DNA from: a virus
Reading direction: 5' to 3' (one strand)
Length of the DNA: 64,000 bases
Virus record (IMG/VR): IMGVR_UViG_3300021419_000004
Location: 4,460-68,459 of that record
Shown: positions 45,340 through 53,643 of the stretch, piece after piece
Layout of the letters: the number at the start of each line of letters is the position of its first letter
Position numbering within the stretch: the first letter of the stretch is position 1
Translations under genes and position numbers: made by a program
Notes under the pieces: model-generated
Database searches by the model: none
The model's input: only the letters and a program-made list of their open reading frames with translations
Told to the model about the DNA's origin: nothing

Positions 45340-46002
45340 ATGAGCAAGCCCTTCGTCCCGGCCTGGCTGCAGGGCCAGTACGGCCAGCAGGTCCAGTTCC
45401 CCAAGGACTACCGCGCCTCCCTCTCCCCTCCCACCCTGGGTCAGATGGCCCAGGCTGCCGCCAACGCACAAGCAGCGCAGCAGGCTCAGGCAGCTGCGCA
45501 GGGAGCACCCATGCATCCCCACATGACCGGAGCTCCCACCTGGCAGCGCGAGCAGGTCTACTACCCGACCCCGCTCCTGCCGGAAGCCCCCAACCTGGCC
45601 AAGACGCCGCGCGACATCGTGCTGCGCTTCACCAACCAGGCCGTGGGTCAGGAGATCTTCCTGCCGCTGCAGGTGGACATCCCTGGCGTCATCTACGCCG
45701 TCTCCGGAGGTGCCTACACCACCGACGACTCCAACCTGCCCGTGGGCCGTGATCCCCTGGACACCTTCCTGGTCCGCATCGAGCGCAACAACGGCGACCG
45801 CTTGCAGACCCAGGCGGGGTTGGGCTCGGCTGTCGTGGGCCCCGCCCGCTTCCCCCGTCTGCTCGGCGGCCCTGGCTATGTGTTCCAGCGTGGCGCTTCG
45901 CTGCGGGTGGCGGTGACGCCCCTGATCGCCAACCTGGACATCACCATCTGCTGCTGGATCATGGAGATCCGCGGTCCCACCAACATCTCGGCCGTGGGCT
46001 GA
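45340..46002 (+). CDS. Putative second capsid/penton protein (jelly-roll-like C-terminal domain)
   Basis: Disordered N-terminus plus about 8 predicted beta strands. Confidence 0.5.
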   Translation: MSKPFVPAWLQGQYGQQVQFPKDYRASLSPPTLGQMAQAAANAQAAQQAQAAAQGAPMHPHMTGAPTWQREQVYYPTPLLPEAPNLAKTPRDIVLRFTNQAVGQEIFLPLQVDIPGVIYAVSGGAYTTDDSNLPVGRDPLDTFLVRIERNNGDRLQTQAGLGSAVVGPARFPRLLGGPGYVFQRGASLRVAVTPLIANLDITICCWIMEIRGPTNISAVG

Positions 46003-46013
46003 GGAGGTAGATC

Positions 46014-46496
46014 ATGAACACGATGTTCCCCCACACCGTCGGCATCACGCCGGGGCTCAACAACACCATGGCGCTGGGCCTGGGCCTGTACCCGGATGCC
46101 ACGCAGTCGATGAACTACGACAACGAGAGCAACTCGCCCTCCCCGGGCGACACCCTCACCGGCGGCACCTCGGGTGCCACCGGCACCGTCATCGGCGTCT
46201 CTCCCCTGGTGGCGGCGGGCTCCCGCAACGTCTACCTGGCGGATGTGGTCGGCACCTTCCAGAACAACGAAGTGCTGAGCGTCGGAGCCACCACCATTGG
46301 TGATGCCAACGGCACCAACACCTCCTACGACCCCAACACCGACGACCCCCTGGTCAGCATGTACTTCGTGGACGTGGCCCCCAACGGGGCGGTCCAGGGG
46401 AACAAGGGCGACATCGCCATCTTCCTGGGCGGTGCCACCGCAGCCTACTACGGCTGTGACGGCGGCTCCGTCTGGCGGCAGTTCACCCTCGTCTGA
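46014..46496 (+). CDS. Virion spike/vertex protein
   Basis: GDTLTGGTSGATGTV...GTFQNNE and APNG..G.KGD...W structural motifs. Confidence 0.6.
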   Translation: MNTMFPHTVGITPGLNNTMALGLGLYPDATQSMNYDNESNSPSPGDTLTGGTSGATGTVIGVSPLVAAGSRNVYLADVVGTFQNNEVLSVGATTIGDANGTNTSYDPNTDDPLVSMYFVDVAPNGAVQGNKGDIAIFLGGATAAYYGCDGGSVWRQFTLV

Positions 46497-46502
46497 TCTG
46501 CT

Positions 46503-46610
46503 ATGAGCACTGCCCTGGGGTATCTTGGGGCAGTGCTCGCGTGGCTGCGGCCACCTCCGGCCGCCTCGCGCGGCCTCTCCTCTCTCTGGACCTTGGAGCG
46601 CTCCCCATGA
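46503..46610 (+). CDS. 35-aa peptide (not in ORF track)
   Basis: MSTALGYLGAVLAWLRP...; stop overlaps ATG 46607. Confidence 0.4.
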   Translation: MSTALGYLGAVLAWLRPPPAASRGLSSLWTLERSP

Positions 46611-47350
46611 AGCCGAAGCCGACCGGTCAGCCCGTGATGCCTGTGGCAGCTCCTACTCCGACCTCTCCAGTGGTCGGGGCCCATGCCCTCCCCGGCCCCA
46701 GCCTTGCGGGCCACGGACAGATGGCCGGCCCCGAGCATCTGGCCGGCAACGTCCAGGGAGCTGGACGGCATCCCTTCTACGGCTACCCGAACCTGTGGGC
46801 AGGCGCCGATGCATCGGCGCCTGCTGAGGCAGGAAAGGAGATCCGGGCCTTCTACGGGGAGACCCTGGTTGTCCCTGCAGCAGCCTGGGAGACCAACCCG
46901 GCCAACTTTGAGCCGGACACGCCGGACGACGTGGTGGCCCAGTACATCTGGGAGGGCCCGCTGCTGGACTTGCGGAAGGACCTCAAGGGCTCCTTCGGCA
47001 ACGGCCTGCACGAGGCGACGACCATCGGCCGAGCTGGCAGCTACGGCTCCGGCGTCAAGATGACCATGCTCGCCCGCATCGAGGGCATCAACATCCCGGA
47101 CTATCCGGAGACCCTCCGGGTGTTCAGCCGGGAGGCCCTCAGCCCCTTTGACTCCCGGGACATTCAGACGGTCACCGAGTGGCAGGAGATCTCCACGGAC
47201 TGGTGGTCCGGGGGCGCTGCCGTCAACCTCACCTGGAGCCCCCCGGGCGCCCCCATCCGCTTCTGGCGCGTCTACCTGCGCCTGGACCAGGCCTCCGGAA
47301 CCGCGCCTGCGGACACGCCCCTGCTCCGCCTCCAGCCCAACGCCCAGTAG
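46607..47350 (+). CDS. Beta-rich virion protein
   Basis: GGAG RBS; beta-sandwich-like C-terminus. Confidence 0.6.
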   Translation: MKPKPTGQPVMPVAAPTPTSPVVGAHALPGPSLAGHGQMAGPEHLAGNVQGAGRHPFYGYPNLWAGADASAPAEAGKEIRAFYGETLVVPAAAWETNPANFEPDTPDDVVAQYIWEGPLLDLRKDLKGSFGNGLHEATTIGRAGSYGSGVKMTMLARIEGINIPDYPETLRVFSREALSPFDSRDIQTVTEWQEISTDWWSGGAAVNLTWSPPGAPIRFWRVYLRLDQASGTAPADTPLLRLQPNAQ

Positions 47351-47359
47351 GACAGAACC

Positions 47360-47734
47360 ATGCCTTTCGAAGGATCGGAACAGTGGGGAGCTACCCGGGT
47401 CGCATCGGCGCAGACCAGCCAGGAGCGTGAGATCAGCGCACTGGCTGGCGGCTCCGACTACACAGGCCAGACCCAGGCAGTCAACAACCTGCCGCACCAT
47501 ACCCTCTACATCCGGCAGGACTCCGGGGATCAGCTGTGGGACGTGACTGTCGAAGTGCTGCACTCCACCGGCACTTGGCGCCCCATTGACGAGTTCACCA
47601 TGACCGGCATTGGCGGACCGACGCTGTTCCGCGAGTACCGCGTGGTGGCGGAATCCATCCGCGTCGAAGTCTCCAACCCGCCTGTGGGAGCACCCTCGGG
47701 CGGTTGGTACATCCTCTCCTCCTTCTCGCTGTAG
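47360..47734 (+). CDS. Small jelly-roll-like vertex protein
   Basis: 124 aa all-beta pattern (VTVEV...W...IRVEVSN). Confidence 0.55.
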   Translation: MPFEGSEQWGATRVASAQTSQEREISALAGGSDYTGQTQAVNNLPHHTLYIRQDSGDQLWDVTVEVLHSTGTWRPIDEFTMTGIGGPTLFREYRVVAESIRVEVSNPPVGAPSGGWYILSSFSL

Positions 47735-47743
47735 GAGCTCTCC

Positions 47744-48556
47744 GTGAGCCAGTACGTCATCCGCATTCGTGAGCGTCAGGGCAAGGGCAAGATCCGTGCC
47801 GAGCTCCCTGGCACCTTCACTCAGGCCAAGGCAGTGAAGACCGGTCAGTCCATCGCTGACGACTACTCGTTGCCCGCGGGGTGCAAGGTGGTCGTGGAGA
47901 AGAAGGGAGGAGCCAGGCGCAAGAAGGCCGCAAAGAAGCCCCGTAAGCCGGCACGCAAGGCGGCCCCGAAGCGTGCATCCAAGCGCAAGAGCAACCCTCA
48001 CCGCCCGACCCTGACGATGCTCCTCAACAAGGGTGAAACGCTCAGCTGGGCCAAGAAGCGCAAGCCGGGCTCAACGGTGACCATGGGCCAGGGGCACAAG
48101 GGCTTCGCCGTCATCGACTGGACCGTGCCTGGGGGGAAGGAGCACCACTACAAGACCCCCAGCGGCGCCATCAAGCGCTTTGAGGAGCTGGTGGGCACCC
48201 AGGGCGCCTACAAGGCCATTGCTGCGTGGGAGCAGAAGCACGGCAAGCTGGCCGCAGCGGGTCGCATGGGCGACCTCGAGAAGGCCAGCAAGCAGGCGAG
48301 CCGGCGCAAGAACGCGGGCAAGCGCAGCAAGAAGTGGATCCAGAAGGCCGACGCGCAGATGGAGAGAGCAGGCACCGAAGGGGCCTTCACCGCCCAGGCC
48401 AAGCGCGCCGGCTACGACGATCCCTTGAAGTACGCCCGGCACGTCAAGAAGACCTATGAGGCCGCCCGCAAGAAGGGCAAGACCGCCGGCAGCAAGGGTG
48501 TCCCGACCTTGCGCACCTACCGCCGGGCGATGTTCGCGCTGAACGCGCAGAAGTAG
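47744..48556 (+). CDS. Histone-like basic virion core protein
   Basis: KKAAKKPRKPARKAAPK, KRKSNP, KKWIQKA...GAFTAQAKRAG. Confidence 0.7.
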   Translation: MSQYVIRIRERQGKGKIRAELPGTFTQAKAVKTGQSIADDYSLPAGCKVVVEKKGGARRKKAAKKPRKPARKAAPKRASKRKSNPHRPTLTMLLNKGETLSWAKKRKPGSTVTMGQGHKGFAVIDWTVPGGKEHHYKTPSGAIKRFEELVGTQGAYKAIAAWEQKHGKLAAAGRMGDLEKASKQASRRKNAGKRSKKWIQKADAQMERAGTEGAFTAQAKRAGYDDPLKYARHVKKTYEAARKKGKTAGSKGVPTLRTYRRAMFALNAQK

Positions 48557-48594
48557 GGGCAGGAGAGGACGGGGAGCCCTGATCGAGGTCTCCT

Positions 48595-49197
48595 ATGGCA
48601 GGCAGCAACAACTTCCAGGGCCCCGTCATCCTGACGGAGCTCGACAGCTACTTCGCCTGGGGGCGTCAAGGCCCGGGGGTGTCGAGCCACGTCCGCGTCT
48701 ACCGAGTGGACTACGACCCGAATGGAGTGCTCGCAGCTCCTCGGGGTAGCTGGGCTCTCCGGGACGATGCGGGGCAGGTGGCCGCCTACCTGAACCAGGA
48801 TGGTGCCTCGACCTGGGCCAAGCTGGTCCCTAACGGAGGAGGCACCGCCGGCCTGGTGATGCCCCTGGAGAAGGAACTGCTGCCTTTGGGTGGGGATGAC
48901 ATCACGGACTCCGTGAGGGTCAATGCAGCGGGCACCATAGTCGAGGTGCTGTTCTACTGCAGCGTGGCCTACACCACGGCCGGCTCTTTCACCATCGACG
49001 TGCAACTGAACAGCGTCAGCGTGCTCAGCGCTGTGGTGGACGGCACGACTATTCCGGCACTCCCCGGGGTGCTCACGGCGCCGCTGGCGGCATCTACGCC
49101 CCTGGCCGCGGGGGATGTCCTCTCAGTGGTGCTTTCCAGTGACAACGCAGACCTGGCTGGGGCCGGGCTCACGGCTGTTTTTCGGACGGAGGCCTGA
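48595..49197 (+). CDS. Virion spike/decoration protein
   Basis: DPNGVLAAPRGS...W module plus beta domain ending LAAGDVLSV...AGLTA. Confidence 0.6.
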   Translation: MAGSNNFQGPVILTELDSYFAWGRQGPGVSSHVRVYRVDYDPNGVLAAPRGSWALRDDAGQVAAYLNQDGASTWAKLVPNGGGTAGLVMPLEKELLPLGGDDITDSVRVNAAGTIVEVLFYCSVAYTTAGSFTIDVQLNSVSVLSAVVDGTTIPALPGVLTAPLAASTPLAAGDVLSVVLSSDNADLAGAGLTAVFRTEA

Positions 49198-49198
49198 G

Positions 49199-50737
49199 AT
49201 GGGCGACTACAAGAGCAGCCGTGATGCAGGTGCCAAGAGCCCGGCGTCCCCTACCCGGATCGGAGCTTCGACCGACAACCAGGTGCGCGGCCAGTTCAAC
49301 ACCGGCGCCACAGGCATCATCACCGGCGGCCGTGGCTCCGTAGATGCGGATCCGGCCAAGTTCCAGCTCGCCGCTGGCGAGGGCTGGGTGCGCGTGAACA
49401 CCACCAACCCGGACGACCCTGAGCAGATCCGGCTGGTGTGGGATGCAGTGACAGGCATTGACCCGCTCAACAAGGCAGGGCCCGGCGCGGCCATCAGCTA
49501 CGTGTGGGCCAGCCTACCCACGGTCTATTCAGGCGAGGTGGTCACCGCTGAGATCACCCAGACACAGCCCAGCGACTACCCAGACCCGGGAGACCCTACG
49601 CCTTCGGAGTTCCGGGAAAAGGTCTACCTCGGTTTCGTCGTCTTTGAGTCCTTCCTGGGCATCGTATTGGCCTTCGTCGTCAACGTCCGGGCAGCCCTGA
49701 ACGTTGCTGCCCAGCTCGCCGACCTCAGCGCTTCCCTGGGTTCCCTCCGGGTGCAGGATGGCGAGGTCCGGGCCATCGGCGCACTCCAGCTCGAGCAGGA
49801 CGCCGGCGTCTTCTACGCGGAGGGCGCCAACTGGGTAACCTCGGAGCTTGTGCCTTCGGTGGTTGATGCTGCAGCCATCTCTCCCCTGCTTGGCGGGACC
49901 GGCTACCGCAGTGGCGCCAACGATGGGCGCTTCTCGGTGACTCCGGGCCCGCCCACGACCTCGCTGGATCCCACGCTCTATGACGACGGGAGCGGCACTC
50001 CTCGGACGGTCCCGGCAGGCCAGGTGACCATCCAGCGCATCTACTACAATGTGACCAGCCCTGGGCACCTGTTCATGTATGGGCAGGAACTCTACGAGAG
50101 CCTGGCGGAGGCGCACGCCAACATCCTCACCGGTCCCTTGGAGGACATCCCTCAGTTGCGGGCGGAGGATTGGGTGTTGGTGGCTCAGGTTGCGGTGGTG
50201 CAGTCGGCTACGGACCTCACCGACCCCGAGCAGGCCCTGGTCTACAACGCGTTGCCCTCAGGGAAGCTCAGCCTCGAGGCCGATCCGCCTGCGATGCCGG
50301 CCCCCAGCGGCATCGTGGGCACGGCCACCAACTTTCCCTCTGGGGGTGGAGCGATTGAGTTCGCCAACTTCGGTGCGGTCACCGGCCCTGGTGCAGGCGC
50401 CTTCACGCTACCGGTGGACGCCTACATCGTCGCTGTGGTCTACACGTTCAGCCACACCAATCCCATCAACATCGGAGCCGGTGAGTCCATCACCTTGACC
50501 GCGGGCCTCTTCGTGCCGGGCGCGGCGTTGACCACTGCCAACTACACGCCTGAAGCAACCACTGAACAGATCTGGGACAGCAGCTTCTCCGGCACGCACC
50601 CGATCTCCGTGGTGCAGCCGACGGATCCCATCTTGGTGAACGCGGGGACCCCCATCGGTATCCGGACCGTGGAAAGCGGTTCAGTGACCCCTGCCAATGC
50701 TGACCTATTGGCCACGCTGTGGTATAGACCAGCATGA
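49199..50737 (+). CDS. Fibre/receptor-binding-like protein
   Basis: TGIITGG...FQLAAGEG, LDPTLYDDGSG...TIQRIY; G/T/P-rich beta protein. Confidence 0.6.
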   Translation: MGDYKSSRDAGAKSPASPTRIGASTDNQVRGQFNTGATGIITGGRGSVDADPAKFQLAAGEGWVRVNTTNPDDPEQIRLVWDAVTGIDPLNKAGPGAAISYVWASLPTVYSGEVVTAEITQTQPSDYPDPGDPTPSEFREKVYLGFVVFESFLGIVLAFVVNVRAALNVAAQLADLSASLGSLRVQDGEVRAIGALQLEQDAGVFYAEGANWVTSELVPSVVDAAAISPLLGGTGYRSGANDGRFSVTPGPPTTSLDPTLYDDGSGTPRTVPAGQVTIQRIYYNVTSPGHLFMYGQELYESLAEAHANILTGPLEDIPQLRAEDWVLVAQVAVVQSATDLTDPEQALVYNALPSGKLSLEADPPAMPAPSGIVGTATNFPSGGGAIEFANFGAVTGPGAGAFTLPVDAYIVAVVYTFSHTNPINIGAGESITLTAGLFVPGAALTTANYTPEATTEQIWDSSFSGTHPISVVQPTDPILVNAGTPIGIRTVESGSVTPANADLLATLWYRPA

Positions 50738-50769
50738 GGCGAGTCGCGCCGTAGCGCGAAGGAGATTCC

Positions 50770-51930
50770 ATGGCCAACGCCAAGACTGTTCTTGCAGCCG
50801 TCCGTCGTTCTGTCAAGCTCCGAAGGACCGAAGAGGGCGAGCGCAATGCCGTGGCCATGGTGCTGTCCCGCTACGGCTACACCAAGCCTCCCAGGGTCCA
50901 GCAGGTCGCCGACCCGGAGCGGAAGACCCGCCGGGTCTACGTGTGGCAGGGCGCCCTGGGTGACGACGACTTGGTGCTGATCGCCGGCCCCTCCTACGAG
51001 GGCAAGGTGGTTGCCGGCAGCACGGTGCGCCTGGACAGCGACAGCGACGATGGCATCACGGCCTGGATCTCCGGGGCCGACTACACCCAGAAGGGCATGC
51101 AGTCGGCCATGAAGCGCGCTACAGAGCGCGGCGCCGTGGACCCCTTGACCGAGGGCCCCAAGAAGCGGGCCGCAGCACGCGCCAGGCGGGCGCAGACGCG
51201 GGCGGCGAGGCCCGCAGCTCCCGTGAAGCCTGCGGTGCCCCAGGAGACCGCTGAGGCCATGCACGCTGCGAAGGCACGCAGGGCTGCCGCCAAGGCCCCT
51301 GCGACGATGGAGGACCGCCTCAAGGGGGCGGTTTGGGCCGTGCGCTCGGAACCCAACGAGATCCGCTGGCCCATCGAGCTGGTGGCGCTCATGCAGCAGG
51401 TGGGTGAGATGCCCCATGCTGTAGAGGCCATGGATCAGTACGTCCAGCGTGTGCTGAGTGGGGAAGCTCGACGGCCCTCGCTGGTGCAGATGCGCTCGCT
51501 GGGGCGCTGGGGCAAGCAGCTCCAACAGGCCCAGGACCGGTCCATCTGGGACAAGCCGGCTCCTGGGATGGAGCTGGAGACGGCGCAGGCCCGGCTGGCT
51601 GAAGACGCCGACCTCCGGCTGCAGGCCCGCCTGGACAAGGTGGTGCGGAACCTCAAGGCGTCCCAGGACATCCGCTGGGCCATCGAGGCTGTGGACCTGA
51701 TGGGCCAGATGGGCACCGAGCCCGACTCCGCCGTCTTCGCTCTCAACGACTTCGTGATGGGTGTGCAGGACGGCGACGTTCCAATGCCCACGGCAGCTCA
51801 GCGGGCGAAGCTGGGGCGCTGGGGCGCTGAGATGACGCCTCCAGCCCCCGTCCAGTCCAGCAGCGACAACGACGCGGCCATGATGGCCAAGTTCCAGGCG
51901 CTGCTCAAGTCCGCGCTGGCTGAGGCTTGA
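50770..51930 (+). CDS. Hypothetical protein with internal tandem domain duplication
   Basis: Two copies of IRW.IE.V.LM.Q.G...LGRWG. Confidence 0.75.
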   Translation: MANAKTVLAAVRRSVKLRRTEEGERNAVAMVLSRYGYTKPPRVQQVADPERKTRRVYVWQGALGDDDLVLIAGPSYEGKVVAGSTVRLDSDSDDGITAWISGADYTQKGMQSAMKRATERGAVDPLTEGPKKRAAARARRAQTRAARPAAPVKPAVPQETAEAMHAAKARRAAAKAPATMEDRLKGAVWAVRSEPNEIRWPIELVALMQQVGEMPHAVEAMDQYVQRVLSGEARRPSLVQMRSLGRWGKQLQQAQDRSIWDKPAPGMELETAQARLAEDADLRLQARLDKVVRNLKASQDIRWAIEAVDLMGQMGTEPDSAVFALNDFVMGVQDGDVPMPTAAQRAKLGRWGAEMTPPAPVQSSSDNDAAMMAKFQALLKSALAEA

Positions 51931-52310
51931 GCATGGACGACAAGGAAGTCCGAGACCAGCTGTTCATCGCCATCCGCGAGGGCAACGAGGCCAACAAGGC
52001 CATGGCCCAGGCCATGCAGGCTGTCGCCACCGCCGTGAGCTCCATTGGGGAGACCCAGCGAGAGCACACACGCAGCCTGGACGAGCACTCGCTGACGGTG
52101 GACCGGCTGGTCACTACCATCCAGGCGCGCCAGGCTATCTGGAAGGAGATGATCGACACGGTGAAGGACTACAAGGTGCTCAGCGGCATTGTCATCGGGA
52201 TCATCCTGACTGTGGCTGTGCTGGGCCCTCTCGTCATGGCATCCTTGCCTTCGACTCTTTCCACCTTGGGGGTTGAGGACGCCGTGCCGGCGCCTGCGGA
52301 GATTCCATGA
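51927..52310 (+). CDS. Coiled-coil plus TM protein (holin/XhlA-like architecture)
   Basis: Heptads then LSGIVIGIILTVAVLG. Confidence 0.55.
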   Translation: MSMDDKEVRDQLFIAIREGNEANKAMAQAMQAVATAVSSIGETQREHTRSLDEHSLTVDRLVTTIQARQAIWKEMIDTVKDYKVLSGIVIGIILTVAVLGPLVMASLPSTLSTLGVEDAVPAPAEIP

Positions 52311-52501
52311 GCCAGCTTGACCCGACTCCCATTCAGGTGATGCAGAACGCCGTTGCGCGCGCTGCCGAGAAGGAGCTCAAGGCCCGAAAGACCGCCTCGG
52401 CAGTGCTCGCCCAGGTGCTACCGGATGAGGACAGGCAAGCGCTGGAGGAGAGGCTCAAGGAAGGCTCCCCTCTCAAGCTCAAGCCCATCACCCGCCACTG
52501 A
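52307..52501 (+). CDS. Small hypothetical protein
   Basis: ATGA overlap. Confidence 0.6.
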   Translation: MSQLDPTPIQVMQNAVARAAEKELKARKTASAVLAQVLPDEDRQALEERLKEGSPLKLKPITRH

Positions 52502-52511
52502 GGAGTCTCCC

Positions 52512-52895
52512 GTGGGCAACCCTGCAGTCGATGCCACCTGTCCCATCCATTTCTACCAGGGAGACCCATCCTCTTGGGCGCTGGGGCTCCACTACGGAGA
52601 CGCCGGGATCGCGGTGGGTGCCTCTCAGATCACCCAGTACGACTTCTCCCCGGAGGAGCCCGTTGCGTCTCTCCTGACGGACCTGGGGCCCATCGCCATG
52701 CAGGACTACTCGCTGCAACTGGGGGGCGCTGCAGCCGGCGCGTACCTCCACAGCCAGATCGCTTCCAGGCCCGGCGCCTGGTTCGACTGGTATAGGGCCA
52801 TGGTGGACCCTCAGCTACGCACAGCTGCGCAGCAGGTGGAGATCCAGGCTGGGGTGAGGGACGCCCTACTCCATGGGGTCCGTGGGTGTGTCTGA
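52512..52895 (+). CDS. Hypothetical protein
   Basis: GAGGAG RBS, GTG start. Confidence 0.6.
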   Translation: MGNPAVDATCPIHFYQGDPSSWALGLHYGDAGIAVGASQITQYDFSPEEPVASLLTDLGPIAMQDYSLQLGGAAAGAYLHSQIASRPGAWFDWYRAMVDPQLRTAAQQVEIQAGVRDALLHGVRGCV

Positions 52896-53129
52896 GGCCA
52901 TCAGCGACTGCTGGCAAGTGCCGCACTCCAGACGGGCTGCGAAGGCGGAGTAGACCTCCAGGCAGTCGTCAAAGCGCTTGAAGGCCCGGGTGAGCGCCGC
53001 GGCGATGCGTGCGTGGTCTTGAGCAGTCGGCGGGTCCGCTGCCTCGGCCACAGCCTGTAGGTAGTCCAGGCGCGCCTTCTTGAGCGCGTCCTGGGCTCTG
53101 GAGAGTGCGAGCTGGTACTGCAGTGGCAT
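52866..53129 (-). CDS. Hypothetical protein
   Basis: Helical ORF, convergent overlap. Confidence 0.5.
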   Translation of the reverse strand: MPLQYQLALSRAQDALKKARLDYLQAVAEAADPPTAQDHARIAAALTRAFKRFDDCLEVYSAFAARLECGTCQQSLMASDTPTDPME

Positions 53130-53220
53130 CGCCCTACAGTCTATCTCGATCCGCCCCTACACTGCATTTCACCGGTTTTCGGGAGCGCCACGCGGGTAAC
53201 ACGCAAGCCGGATGCAAGAG

Positions 53221-53511
53221 TCACAGGATGCAGGGATCCACGTCCACGTCCCACTCTTCATCGATGTTCCCATCGCAGTCGTTGTCGAGGCCATCGCAGA
53301 TCTCCTCGGCCGCGGGGGAGGTGTCCGGGTCCTGATCGTCGCAGTCTTCACCCTCACTCCAGACGCCGACCTCGATGAAGTAGCCGTCTCCGTCGCAGTC
53401 CTCGAGCCCATACCCGTCGCAGGTGGTGTCGGTTGCAGTATCGGAGGTGTCGGAGGTGTCGATGGCACTCAAGGGGGAGCGGCAGGCCAGGAAGAAGAGG
53501 AGGAGGGTCAT
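53221..53511 (-). CDS. Lipoprotein with putative metal-binding (MopE-like, PF11617-type) motif
   Basis: MTLLLFFLAC; DCDDQDPDTSPAAEEICDGLDNDCDGNIDE. Confidence 0.85.
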   Translation of the reverse strand: MTLLLFFLACRSPLSAIDTSDTSDTATDTTCDGYGLEDCDGDGYFIEVGVWSEGEDCDDQDPDTSPAAEEICDGLDNDCDGNIDEEWDVDVDPCIL

Positions 53512-53591
53512 GGGGTGCCCGTGTCTGGTTGAGCTCCAGTGCTCATGGGACACTACGGCCAGGATCCCTGAGTCTTCATTTCAGGGCCTTG

Positions 53592-53625
53592 CAGGATCCC
53601 GGGATCCCAGGATCCTGGGATCCTG
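53592..53625. repeat. 4 x 8-bp YRGGATCC tandem, near-palindromic array
   Basis: CAGGATCC CGGGATCC CAGGATCC TGGGATCC TG; fifth copy near 53560. Confidence 0.85.
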
Positions 53626-53643
53626 GGAGGACCGCCTTGTCCG

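Noticed and set aside
27274-53625. CRISPR array from the short repeats at 27274, 27990 and 53592
   Set aside because: Units are 8-13 bp with no unique spacers and there is no cas operon; the Cas4-like nuclease sits in a recombination module
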